Assembly: GCA_964486515.1 (NCBI GenBank)
Contig: CAZANH010000469.1
Coordinates: 1-43,520, forward strand
Origin: an uncultured Eubacteriales bacterium
GTDB lineage: Bacteria; Bacillota; Clostridia; Acetivibrionales; CAZANH01
Length of the DNA stretch: 43,520 bases
Reading direction: 5' to 3'
Shown here: piece after piece, positions 26,924 to 36,009 of the stretch
Layout: each line of letters opens with the position of its first letter
Numbering within the stretch: the stretch's first letter is position 1
Program-made: the position numbers and the translations under genes
Notes under the pieces: model-generated
Told to the model about the DNA's origin: nothing
The model's input: only the letters and a program-made list of their open reading frames with translations
Database searches by the model: none

Positions 26924-28492
26924 ATGACTGGAAAAAAATTAGCAGGGGGTATATTTGTCCTTGCAGCTTCAGGGTTTCTTGTCAAGCTTTTGGGTTTTTT
27001 CTACAGAGTACATCTTTCAAACCTGATTGGAGCTGAAGGTATGGGATTATTTCAATTGATAGCTCCTGTATATTCGCTGGTTATAGTAACTTTAGCTTCG
27101 GGAATATCTACTGCAGTTTCAAAAATGAATGCTGCTGAAACAGCCTACAAAAACACTGGTAATATAAGGCGTATTCTGGCATGTTCCGTGATACTTATTG
27201 TAGGAGCAGGTACGGTGATTTCCATTTTTATGATGTTGAATATAAATTTTATATGCAATGTGATTCTTAAAGACAACAGAACATATTACGCGTTTATGGT
27301 ACTGATACCATGTATACCTGTTATTGCTATAGCAGCAGTATTAAGAGGATATTTTTATGGTATATCGCAGGTTATGCCTACAGCATTATCTCAGGTTGTT
27401 GAACAGATTATAAGGATTAGCCTTGTACTTGGTATGGCAGAATTTATGATAAAAGCTGGTATGGAATACGCATGTATGCTGGCTGCAATAGGAATGGCTG
27501 CAGGTGAGGTGTCAAATCTCATTGTACTTTACCTTTTTTATGTTAAGAAAAATAAGAATTTATCAATTAACAGAACAATAAAAGATAATATTCATATAAA
27601 AAGAAAAAGTATAATATTAAAAGAAATATTTTCAATATCAATACCTGTATCCACTAACAAACTTATTACGTCAGCAATGTCTGCTCTTGAATATTTAATG
27701 ATTCCAAGAATGCTTGTGCTTGGTTCGTTAAGTTATAATGAAGGGATAAAAATATTTGGTGTACTAACCGGAATGGCAATACCGGTATTATATTTTCCGT
27801 CTCCCGTGACATCATCACTTGCGACAACTATGGTACCGGTTATATCAGAAGGAATTGCACTAAGGAATTATTCAATGATTAACAGGAGAATATCCGTATC
27901 AATACAAATGACATTTATTCTTGGATTTATATCTACAATGATTTTTTCAATACACTCCAATGAAATAGCAGAAATGATATTTCGGGAACAGGGCGTAGGA
28001 AGAATTTTGTATATGATTTCATTTACGTCGGTTACAATTTATCTTAACCAGATTATGAGGGGAATAATGAACGGTTTGGGAAAACAGGGAACAGCTCTTT
28101 TGTATTCAATAATTGGGCATATAATAAGAATAGGTACATTATTACTGCTTGTACCTTCCAAAGGAATAGCAGGTTATATATGGGGGATTGGCGTAAGTCT
28201 TGGTATTATTAATATATTAAATATTTATACGGTTACAAAGACGACAGGTTTATCAATAAATTTGGGGAAATGGATAATAAGGCCGGGATTTGTGTGCGTT
28301 ATTATGTATTTTATAAATAAATATGTAGAGAAATATATTTATTTAGTTATAAGAAATGATAACATTGGTTTAATAATAAATATAATTGGAGATTTAGTAA
28401 TTATGTTGTTGCTTATGTATTCAACAGGTGTTTTTAACAGGGAAGAAATAAACTTATTCTTTAAGCTTAAAAAATTAAGAAATTACGAGTAA
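26924..28492 (+). CDS. spoVB: stage V sporulation protein B / MOP-superfamily flippase
   Basis: About 14 TM helices. Has the N-terminal GAEGMGLFQLIAPVY motif characteristic of SpoVB-type polysaccharide/lipid II flippases. Start set at the ATG at 26924 after GGGAG. Confidence 0.7.
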   Translation: MTGKKLAGGIFVLAASGFLVKLLGFFYRVHLSNLIGAEGMGLFQLIAPVYSLVIVTLASGISTAVSKMNAAETAYKNTGNIRRILACSVILIVGAGTVISIFMMLNINFICNVILKDNRTYYAFMVLIPCIPVIAIAAVLRGYFYGISQVMPTALSQVVEQIIRISLVLGMAEFMIKAGMEYACMLAAIGMAAGEVSNLIVLYLFYVKKNKNLSINRTIKDNIHIKRKSIILKEIFSISIPVSTNKLITSAMSALEYLMIPRMLVLGSLSYNEGIKIFGVLTGMAIPVLYFPSPVTSSLATTMVPVISEGIALRNYSMINRRISVSIQMTFILGFISTMIFSIHSNEIAEMIFREQGVGRILYMISFTSVTIYLNQIMRGIMNGLGKQGTALLYSIIGHIIRIGTLLLLVPSKGIAGYIWGIGVSLGIINILNIYTVTKTTGLSINLGKWIIRPGFVCVIMYFINKYVEKYIYLVIRNDNIGLIINIIGDLVIMLLLMYSTGVFNREEINLFFKLKKLRNYE

Positions 28493-28500
28493 TTTTAAAT

Positions 28501-28541
28501 AAAAGCTTAAATATTAAAGAAAACCGAATATTTAAGCTTTT
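28501..28541 (+). terminator. probable intrinsic terminator after spoVB
   Basis: 15-bp perfect AT-rich stem, AAAAGCTTAAATATT / AATATTTAAGCTTTT, with an 11-nt loop. It runs into TTTTATT. Confidence 0.55.
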
Positions 28542-28544
28542 ATT

Positions 28545-28561
28545 GGTCAAAGAAAGTCAAA
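28545..28561 (+). promoter_or_regulatory. CtsR operator, box 1
   Basis: GGTCAAAGAAAGTCAAA is an exact match to the heptad direct-repeat consensus (A/G)GTCAAA-NAN-(A/G)GTCAAA. It ends 8 nt upstream of the -35 element of the hsp20 promoter. Confidence 0.7.
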
Positions 28562-28569
28562 ATCAAACA

Positions 28570-28605
28570 TTGCTATATTAATACATCTTATGGTATAAAT
28601 ATAAT
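28570..28605 (+). promoter_or_regulatory. putative sigma-A promoter of hsp20
   Basis: TTGCTA (28570-28575), 18-nt spacer, TGg-TATAAA (28591-28599). An overlapping TATAAT lies at 28600-28605. Confidence 0.45.
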
Positions 28606-28610
28606 CGTAA

Positions 28611-28627
28611 GGTCAAAGATAGTCAAA
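28611..28627 (+). promoter_or_regulatory. CtsR operator, box 2
   Basis: GGTCAAAGATAGTCAAA is a second exact consensus match. It lies just downstream of the -10 region, in the position expected for the transcription start. Confidence 0.7.
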
Positions 28628-28681
28628 GGCAACACTATATATTGACTTACAAAATTAATAAATTTATTGGAGGTGTTTTGT

Positions 28682-29134
28682 ATGTTTGGTTTGGTACCGT
28701 TTTCAAGAAAAGCAGCAGATGTTGCAGGAAATAATGAGTTAAAAGGATTTCGTGACATTTTTGATGATTTCTTTAGTGATTCTTTTTTACCTACATTTTT
28801 TAGTGGTAGTAGTCAGATACGTGCTGATGTAAGAGAAACAGATAATGAATACATTATTGAAGCGGAATTACCGGGGGTAGAAAAAGAAAATATCAAAGTT
28901 GATTTAAGGGATGACACGCTTACGATTGGGGTTGAGCGTAATGAAGAAACAAAAGATGAAAGGAAAGATTACATCAGGCGTGAAAGAAGATATGGCTCAT
29001 ATTGCAGAAGTTTTTATGTAGACAATGTAAAACACGATAGTATTTCGGCAAAATATAACGATGGGATTCTTTCCGTAATTTTACCGAAGGAAAAAGAAGA
29101 AAAAAACAAGAAGCGTGAAATACCTATACAATGA
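28682..29134 (+). CDS. small heat-shock protein, Hsp20/alpha-crystallin family
   Basis: 150 aa. Has an alpha-crystallin domain (DVRETDNEYIIEAELPGVEKENIKV...GILSVILPK). Start set at the ATG at 28682 after GGAGGTG. Confidence 0.9.
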   Translation: MFGLVPFSRKAADVAGNNELKGFRDIFDDFFSDSFLPTFFSGSSQIRADVRETDNEYIIEAELPGVEKENIKVDLRDDTLTIGVERNEETKDERKDYIRRERRYGSYCRSFYVDNVKHDSISAKYNDGILSVILPKEKEEKNKKREIPIQ

Positions 29135-29171
29135 AAATTATGATTAATTAAAAAAGAAGTTACCCCCATTT

Positions 29172-29207
29172 AAAAAAGGAACGGATTTAGTGACCGTTCC
29201 TTTTTTT
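29172..29207 (+). terminator. Rho-independent terminator after hsp20
   Basis: Stem AAGGAACGG / CCGTTCCTT with a 9-nt loop, followed by TTTTTTT. Confidence 0.8.
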
Positions 29208-29230
29208 AATAACTCTTGCCATATATTTTT

Positions 29231-29278
29231 TTAGACAACAATATTTGACAAATAATACATGGGATAATATGGTATAAT
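29231..29278 (+). promoter_or_regulatory. putative spoIIE promoter with Spo0A-box-like elements
   Basis: TTGACA (29245-29250) and TGg-TATAAT (29270-29278) are separated by an over-long 22-nt spacer. TTAGACA (29231-29237) and TTTGACA (29244-29250) each differ by 1 nt from the reverse 0A box TTCGACA. Confidence 0.35.
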
Positions 29279-29324
29279 TATTTAAATTTATGTTTAGCAG
29301 TAATTTTAAATTGGAGGATTACAA

Positions 29325-31715
29325 ATGATGAAATCGGTAATTATACCATACAAAAAAATAGAAAATGAAACAACATATGAAAATACATCCAGGGTAAAAA
29401 ATATTTCATTCGTAACATATATTCTTAAATTGTTAACAATAAGAAACTTATTATTAACAACAATTGCTTTTTTTCTGGGGAGAGCTTCGTTCGGTGAAGG
29501 CTTAATGCCATTTGGGCCTGCATTTTATATGGCTGCCTGTGGAAAAGGAATAAATGGTATTTTAGTTGCCTTGTTTGTTGTTGCGGGTCTTATATCAGGT
29601 GGTTCCGGAGGACATATTTATAAAGGTATTATTGCAATACTTATTTTTAATGCAATCAGAAAAATTATTAAATCAAAAAAAATGGAAAAAGGTTATCATC
29701 AGATAGCAGTTGCTTTTTTCAGTATGTTTTTACCGGAAATAATAATGACATCGTTGCAGGGTTTCCTTATGTATGATTTTTTAAAGTCTTTTCTTAGCGC
29801 ATTTGCGGTAATGTTGTTTTATATTATATTTGAAAAAAGTATTTCGGTGCTTGAAAAATCACCATGGCGTAAAACACTTTCACTTGAAGGAATAATAAGC
29901 ATGACAGTTATGATTGCAGTTGCAGTGTCAGGGCTTAATAATGTTAAAGTATTAAATATTACACCCGGTAACGTGTTTTGTATAATAATGATACTTATAT
30001 CAGGGTATAAATTGGGGCCTGGAGCAGGAGCAGCGATAGGTGCGGCAATAGGAACCGTAATGTCTATTTTGAATCCTGTTTCACCCGTAATAATAGGAAC
30101 ATATGCATTTTGTGGAATGCTTTCAGGTCTCCTTAAGAATTCTGGAAAAATTGGTTCAAGTATTGGATTGGTAGCAGGTAATGCAATACTGACAATATAT
30201 CTTAGCGGTACTTCGCAAGTATTAATTCAAATAAAAGAGGTTATAATTGCAGTTGGAATATTTTTAATAACTCCGGAAACATTGTTAAATAAGGTTTCTG
30301 ATGTTTTTTATAATAACCGGACAGATCGGAATAGAAACAGTTATCTAAGTTGTATAAGGGAATTGACCGTTAAAAAACTTGAAGCATTTTCAAATACATT
30401 TAAAAATTTATCAATTACATTTGCGGAAATTTCCAGAAGTACTGTCGTGACGGACAGACATGATATTTCATCTTTATTTGACAGAGTTGCAGATAAAGTA
30501 TGTAGTGATTGCAGCCTTTTTCATTACTGCTGGGATATAAATTTTTACGATACATATCAGACAATATTTAAAATATTGGAAAAACTTGATTCAAAGGGGC
30601 ATATAGATAAAAAAGACATACCAAAGGTATTTGTTGAAAAGTGTGAAAGACTTGAAACCTTTATAAATACAATAAACAGCATATATGAATTATTCAAGGC
30701 TGATATTGTTTGGAAAAACAGGATAAATGAAACTAGAGAAGTAGTTTCGCAACAGCTTGAAGGGCTTTCAACAATAGTATCCAGCCTGGCATCGGAGATT
30801 GATAAGGATATACATTTCAAATCCGAACTTGAGAAACTGGTTGTAAAAGAACTGCAGGATGCAGGTATTAATATAGAAGATTGTACAATATTTGAAAATA
30901 AAAATAATAAAATCGAAGTTATTATTTATTATAAGTCATGTAATATGAATAGAAATGTTACAGAATTTGCTGAAACAGTTACAACAAAAGTAACAGGTAA
31001 GAAAATGAAACTTTATAATAAAAGCATGGGCTATTTAAAATTAAAAGAAGAAGAACCATTAAGGGTTGTAACTGGAATAGCGGGAATACCGAAAAATAAT
31101 GGTAAGGTTTCCGGTGATAGTTATACTTTTATGAATAATGGCTATGGGAAATTTATTGCAGTATTAAGTGATGGAATGGGTACGGGTGATAAGGCAGCCA
31201 TACAAAGCAGGGCTGCAATAAATTTGCTTGAACAGTTTATGGAAGCAGGATTTGACAAGGACACAGCAGTTAAAATAATTAATTCTGTTCTTGTACTTAA
31301 ATCAAATGAAGATTCTTTTACAACAATAGATATTTCAACTATAGACCTCTATAATGGTGAAGTGGAATTTATAAAGATTGGAGCAGTTCCGACGTTTATA
31401 AAGTCAAATGACAGTGTCGATATGATAAAAGCTGTTTCAATACCTGTTGGTATTCTGGGAAATCTGAAAGCGGAACTTTTACATAGAAGGGTTGAAAGTG
31501 GGAACTTCATAGTTATGATGACTGATGGAGTGTATGATGCATTTAAGGAGGATGATAAAAAAGAAAAAAGCATATACAGCCTTATAAAAAGTATTAAAAG
31601 TATAAATCCGCAGCAGATAGCTGACTTAATTCTTTCAAAAGCATTCGATAACTATGGTAAAATGCCTGAAGATGATATGATGGTTATGGTTGCAAAAGTA
31701 TGGAAAACTGCATAA
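29325..31715 (+). CDS. spoIIE: stage II sporulation protein E (membrane-bound PP2C phosphatase)
   Basis: 796 aa. Has about 10 N-terminal TM helices, a central regulatory region, and a C-terminal PP2C domain (GDSYTF...LSDGMGTGDKAA...MTDGV). Confidence 0.9.
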   Translation: MMKSVIIPYKKIENETTYENTSRVKNISFVTYILKLLTIRNLLLTTIAFFLGRASFGEGLMPFGPAFYMAACGKGINGILVALFVVAGLISGGSGGHIYKGIIAILIFNAIRKIIKSKKMEKGYHQIAVAFFSMFLPEIIMTSLQGFLMYDFLKSFLSAFAVMLFYIIFEKSISVLEKSPWRKTLSLEGIISMTVMIAVAVSGLNNVKVLNITPGNVFCIIMILISGYKLGPGAGAAIGAAIGTVMSILNPVSPVIIGTYAFCGMLSGLLKNSGKIGSSIGLVAGNAILTIYLSGTSQVLIQIKEVIIAVGIFLITPETLLNKVSDVFYNNRTDRNRNSYLSCIRELTVKKLEAFSNTFKNLSITFAEISRSTVVTDRHDISSLFDRVADKVCSDCSLFHYCWDINFYDTYQTIFKILEKLDSKGHIDKKDIPKVFVEKCERLETFINTINSIYELFKADIVWKNRINETREVVSQQLEGLSTIVSSLASEIDKDIHFKSELEKLVVKELQDAGINIEDCTIFENKNNKIEVIIYYKSCNMNRNVTEFAETVTTKVTGKKMKLYNKSMGYLKLKEEEPLRVVTGIAGIPKNNGKVSGDSYTFMNNGYGKFIAVLSDGMGTGDKAAIQSRAAINLLEQFMEAGFDKDTAVKIINSVLVLKSNEDSFTTIDISTIDLYNGEVEFIKIGAVPTFIKSNDSVDMIKAVSIPVGILGNLKAELLHRRVESGNFIVMMTDGVYDAFKEDDKKEKSIYSLIKSIKSINPQQIADLILSKAFDNYGKMPEDDMMVMVAKVWKTA

Positions 31716-31784
31716 AAATGAATAGTTATACACAATTTATCATAAACTACCAACAGATTTGCAATTAACCACCGGAGGACTTAT

Positions 31785-32129
31785 ATGGTAGTAAGCAGCA
31801 CAAAAAAAATAATTGTTATACGTGATATCAATTCGGATAGTATTGAAGAAGCAATTTTAATACTAAAAAACGAACCGGATTGCAGTGGTACAAATACAAG
31901 CAAAAAAGATATGACAGAGATAAAAGATAATGAATATCTTTTGAAAGAAGCGAGGTTTGTAATAAACAACTACATGAAAGTATGCAAAAAAACGGCACAA
32001 AAAAAAATGAAGAGAGGATTAGGAGATATTTTTACCATGCCGAAAACTCTTAAGACTGTTATTCTTGTAAACGGATTTGTATTACTGACAGTGGTATTTC
32101 TAATTATTTTTGTAATAAAATTGATATAA
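31785..32129 (+). CDS. hypothetical tail-anchored membrane protein
   Basis: 114 aa. SD GGAGG 6 nt upstream. Has a soluble N-terminal part, a basic stretch, and a single C-terminal TM helix (VILVNGFVLLTVVFLIIFVI). Confidence 0.5.
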   Translation: MVVSSTKKIIVIRDINSDSIEEAILILKNEPDCSGTNTSKKDMTEIKDNEYLLKEARFVINNYMKVCKKTAQKKMKRGLGDIFTMPKTLKTVILVNGFVLLTVVFLIIFVIKLI

Positions 32130-32151
32130 TCTTAAATAAAACGGGGGTTGG

Positions 32152-33729
32152 ATGTTTATGGGGTATAGTAAATTTACGAAGATTCTAGTATATATTACAG
32201 TAATAACTGTTATATTGGCAGGTGTTTATTTTGCTTATTCGAATAAAGATAACCGGCAAATTTATTTTAATATAGAGGCTAAAAACTTTTCAAAAATTTT
32301 AAATAAATTAAAAAACAGTTATGAAAACTTTATAAACAATCAGAAACCTTACATGAATGAACCTTATAATAATAATACAAGCATATATGTTAATTTTGAC
32401 GATAAATCTAAAAGTTTATTAAAAAATATTCTACCTGTACCATTTGATATTACAAATATAATAAACAAAACCAGTCTTGTTTACAATGGTAATTATGAAC
32501 CCCACTCAGGTGCAGCTTCCGCAGATATCTCACTTGTGCTTGAAAAAACACCGATTATTGAAGCAAATATCTTCACTGAAAATGAAGTAAGAGGGATTTT
32601 GATACCAGGGTTATTCCCAGGCACGATATTTAAATATAATGAAAAAGAAAGGAACCAGATACCAAAGTACCTTGACATACCTTTTATACCTATGGTTATC
32701 AGAATGCCGGATATAGCTCAAAAAATATACTTTAATCAGCATGATTTGAATAAAACAATGGTTGGATATGGAAGGCTTATGTCGTCAACGATAAAAAATG
32801 AAGATATTGAAATATTAGAAGATGTAAGGGTTAAATCAGGTGATCATGAAATAAAAGGCAGAAAAATTATAATAAATCTAAGTGAGGAAAAAACAAAAAG
32901 TCTTATCGAAGGTATAGGAAAAATACTTTTAACTGAAGATGCTGTTTTTAAAATCACGTTCGGAAATATAGCAAACATATATAATTTTATGGAGGAAAAA
33001 GGTTTTAATATTTTATTCGTTACAAACAAAGAAGAAACAAAAACGTTCAATATTGAAAAGGAAGTAAAAGAGTTTCTTGAACAGGATATTAAGTATTGCG
33101 AATTTTTAGAAGGAACAACAATAAACCTCGTTATTGATAATTTTGATAATATAGTTGAAAGAACTATTAATCTGCATTTTAAATATAAAACAACAGAATA
33201 TGTTGTTTATTATGAATTTGTAAATAATACGTTTTTAGGAAGTATATCCAACAATAATTGTCATATGCTGAGTTTTACGGAAATGGTCAACAAATCCAAA
33301 ACACTGCAGAGTAAGTTTCTACTAAATAATATTATCAATGAATCTGAAAATGATAAATGTACAAACAGAAGATTACAAATATTATATGAACAATACGAAG
33401 AGGAAATTGAAAAAGTTTCTGTGAATGCAGATTTATTTATTGAGAAAGACTGCAACAATAATAATGGGATTCAAAGAACAAATACTTCATGTAAAATTAA
33501 TATTACTGATAAAAATACTAAAACAGAAAAACAGGAGGTTTTCCAAATACCGCTTACAGTATATATTGAAACAATAAAAACTCCGAATGTCAGTAATTTG
33601 GATATTCCCATAACAGCTGAATATAAAACAATGGACATAGGGAAATTATCAAAAATAGAGTTTGAGAAAATTATAGAAGAAGCACTTGGAAATTTTGGAC
33701 TGTTTTTCTTAAAGGCACTCAACTTCTGA
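32152..33729 (+). CDS. hypothetical N-terminally anchored extracytoplasmic protein
   Basis: 525 aa. Has one N-terminal TM helix (ILVYITVITVILAGVYFAY) followed by a large N/K/E/I-rich domain with no motif I recognise. An alternative start is the ATG at 32158. Confidence 0.55.
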   Translation: MFMGYSKFTKILVYITVITVILAGVYFAYSNKDNRQIYFNIEAKNFSKILNKLKNSYENFINNQKPYMNEPYNNNTSIYVNFDDKSKSLLKNILPVPFDITNIINKTSLVYNGNYEPHSGAASADISLVLEKTPIIEANIFTENEVRGILIPGLFPGTIFKYNEKERNQIPKYLDIPFIPMVIRMPDIAQKIYFNQHDLNKTMVGYGRLMSSTIKNEDIEILEDVRVKSGDHEIKGRKIIINLSEEKTKSLIEGIGKILLTEDAVFKITFGNIANIYNFMEEKGFNILFVTNKEETKTFNIEKEVKEFLEQDIKYCEFLEGTTINLVIDNFDNIVERTINLHFKYKTTEYVVYYEFVNNTFLGSISNNNCHMLSFTEMVNKSKTLQSKFLLNNIINESENDKCTNRRLQILYEQYEEEIEKVSVNADLFIEKDCNNNNGIQRTNTSCKINITDKNTKTEKQEVFQIPLTVYIETIKTPNVSNLDIPITAEYKTMDIGKLSKIEFEKIIEEALGNFGLFFLKALNF

Positions 33730-33835
33730 ATATGAGCCTTATATAATAAAGTTGCATTAGATTATATTTCTATGGTAGTATAATAGCAAAAGCGGATGAA
33801 GCTTGATGTAATGTATGACTTTTGGAGGACAAGTT

Positions 33836-34474
33836 ATGAAGCTTTTGGATATACTGTTATTACCAGAGAATCTTTATAAAAAGATTTCCGGAAAAAGAAT
33901 AACACTTTATACGGGATTTATATTTGTAGGTATTGTAGATTTGGTCCTTTACAGGCTATCGACCGGATTATCCGATTTTTTCATCGATAAGGATACAAAT
34001 GTATTGACATCCAACATAATTATTCTCTTACTCTTTATAATTATCATAGGTGTTTTGGATGTATCTTTCTTTTCCATACCTGTACATGACGTCATCAACT
34101 ATTTTAAAAAACAAAAGGAATCACAAAAGGAATCACAATCAGATAAAGTTCCTGATAATAATTTAAGAATTAAAATTATGAAGATTTATATTATAGCACA
34201 TTTTATAATTGTTCCTGTTAATATGATTATTGATTATATATTTAAAAATTTTGGGGATCAGAATAATTTTATTATTCTCTCAATTGCAGCATTTTTGATA
34301 GTTATTGTATTGATATGGTTTAATGCAATAATAACAAGAGGAATATCAGTTATATTTGAATTCGGGCACGGATTTAAGCTGATTATATATATAATTGTGT
34401 TTATATGGAATTTTTTACTTGGTAAAGCAATAAATTATTCATTGGATACATGGGTTATGAAACTGTTCAAGTAA
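33836..34474 (+). CDS. hypothetical polytopic membrane protein (Yip1-like topology, about 5 TM)
   Basis: Start set at the ATG at 33836 after GGAGG; the ORF track gives 33815. Has a hydrophilic loop with an in-frame 12-bp tandem duplication (KESQKESQ). Confidence 0.5.
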   Translation: MKLLDILLLPENLYKKISGKRITLYTGFIFVGIVDLVLYRLSTGLSDFFIDKDTNVLTSNIIILLLFIIIIGVLDVSFFSIPVHDVINYFKKQKESQKESQSDKVPDNNLRIKIMKIYIIAHFIIVPVNMIIDYIFKNFGDQNNFIILSIAAFLIVIVLIWFNAIITRGISVIFEFGHGFKLIIYIIVFIWNFLLGKAINYSLDTWVMKLFK

Positions 34475-34544
34475 GAGGTTGTAAAACATTAAAAAAAAGT
34501 TTATAATTAATCTGTAATAGATTAAAGAATTTTTATGCTTAAAT

Positions 34545-34619
34545 GTCCCGGTGGTCTAATGGACAAGACGGTGGATTCCGGTTCCACTGATGCGGGTTCG
34601 ATTCCTGTCCGGGACGCCA
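34545..34619 (+). tRNA. tRNA-Arg (anticodon CCG)
   Basis: 75-nt cloverleaf folded by hand. The acceptor stem is GTCCCGG/CCGGGAC, the D stem GTCT/AGAC with a GG loop, and the anticodon stem GTGGA/TCCAC with loop TTCCGGT. The T arm is GCGGG-TTCGATT-CCTGT (two G-U pairs), followed by discriminator G and an encoded CCA. Confidence 0.9.
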
Positions 34620-34632
34620 AAAAATAAATTTG

Positions 34633-36009
34633 TCAATTTGCATAGCGATTTACCATTGCTTTGTGCTGCAGGCTGTTTTTGGTATATATTTTTAATAATG
34701 GTTCTATCTCGGCCTTTTTTAAATATCTGAATCTTATGGTTGTATGATTTTCAAATGCATTTTCCCTTACAAGCTTCATAACAGTTTTATGGTCTACATG
34801 ATATTTGTCCATAAGTTCCTGGACGGTTATATAATCATCAATAGGCCTTGGTATAAGAGGATCACCACCGAAATGCCTTGTACACATTTCATTTATTGTT
34901 GTTGGATTACTGTCCAGTACTTCAGCTATTTCTATATATGTTTTTCTTTGCTTTCTGAGGTGCCATACTTTTTCGACAGGTATTTCCATAATATCTTTCT
35001 TGGCACTTTTATAAACAAATCCAAAATATGTTATAAGATCATTTATGGTCATATTTCTCTTTCTTGCATGACGCTTAATATATCCATACAGTGTGGAATT
35101 TGAATGAAGATTGTAGATAAACTTGCCTTTTGCTGCCATAGCAAGCTTTTTTTGTATTATATTATCCTGTCTTTTCCTAATAAGCCTATTTATATCATCT
35201 ATAATTTCCTGTTGATGTTCTTGGTTGTCTAATGTCTTGTAAAGATAGTATTCCTTTGCTTTAAGAGTTGAAGAATTAAATAGCGTAACAAGCATGCCTG
35301 CAAGGCCTAACTTTCTAAAATCGGAAGTTGATAAAAGAATAATATCATCAATAGTATACCTTTTTTTCTTAAAAGTCTTATGCATGAAGTAAAAAGCATT
35401 TTCAAAAGATTTTGGTGCCCTCCATTTTATTCTATATTTAAAATCGGCAGGGTGAAACCGTTTTGGGTACACAAAATTAAACAGTGCATAAATCGACCAG
35501 TTAAAATATGATAATACATTATATATCCCATGCTTTAAAAGCCTTTTTTTCCAATCAAGCTGTGGAATATCCTCTACTCTTCTGATTCCCTCCTTAAGAA
35601 CCATGTCCTGAACAGCTTCTATAATCATATTGTCGTCATGCCAAATACCATGTTTGCTCCACATCCATTCTTTCAGAGTTCTTTTTTTAAACTCATCAGG
35701 ATAAGTATTTTTTAGTATCTGAAGGACATCATGGTTGAATACTCTTTGAACCATGCCGAACAACTTACCACGTATTAGAATTACCTTAAGCTGCTTAAGA
35801 TTATAATTTGGAAGATCGGGTATTTCCAAGTGTGCAAGATCCTCAAGACAATACCGTGTTAATACTCTTGATTTTAGTTTAATACCTTCAGACTGATTTT
35901 TTTCTTCCGTCCAAAAATCCTTTGGAAATCTGTCTTTACTCTTCAGCACTTCTTTATATGTTAAAAGCGCCTCTAACTCTTTTGTATTTAATTTAAAAAG
36001 ATTTACCAT
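34633..36009 (-). CDS. hypothetical protein: three ~77-aa tandem repeats plus C-terminal helix-turn-helix modules
   Basis: 458 aa. The repeats are marked by [FY]P-x-x-F at aa 28, 103 and 181, and by G-h-x-x-h-x-x-x-F-N-x-[SD] at aa 85-94, 161-172 and 235-246, with identical spacing. The C-terminal HTH-like segments are TYIEIAEVLDSNPTTINEMC and ITVQELMDKYHVDHKTVMKLV. The stop is 13 nt from the tRNA 3' end. Confidence 0.6.
   Translation of the reverse strand: MVNLFKLNTKELEALLTYKEVLKSKDRFPKDFWTEEKNQSEGIKLKSRVLTRYCLEDLAHLEIPDLPNYNLKQLKVILIRGKLFGMVQRVFNHDVLQILKNTYPDEFKKRTLKEWMWSKHGIWHDDNMIIEAVQDMVLKEGIRRVEDIPQLDWKKRLLKHGIYNVLSYFNWSIYALFNFVYPKRFHPADFKYRIKWRAPKSFENAFYFMHKTFKKKRYTIDDIILLSTSDFRKLGLAGMLVTLFNSSTLKAKEYYLYKTLDNQEHQQEIIDDINRLIRKRQDNIIQKKLAMAAKGKFIYNLHSNSTLYGYIKRHARKRNMTINDLITYFGFVYKSAKKDIMEIPVEKVWHLRKQRKTYIEIAEVLDSNPTTINEMCTRHFGGDPLIPRPIDDYITVQELMDKYHVDHKTVMKLVRENAFENHTTIRFRYLKKAEIEPLLKIYTKNSLQHKAMVNRYAN

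Noticed and set aside
34112-34135. Perfect 12-bp tandem duplication, CAAAAGGAATCA x2 (KESQKESQ), inside the 212-aa membrane-protein gene.
   Set aside because: It is only two in-frame copies in a hydrophilic loop. That is too short to call a contingency locus or a functional repeat.
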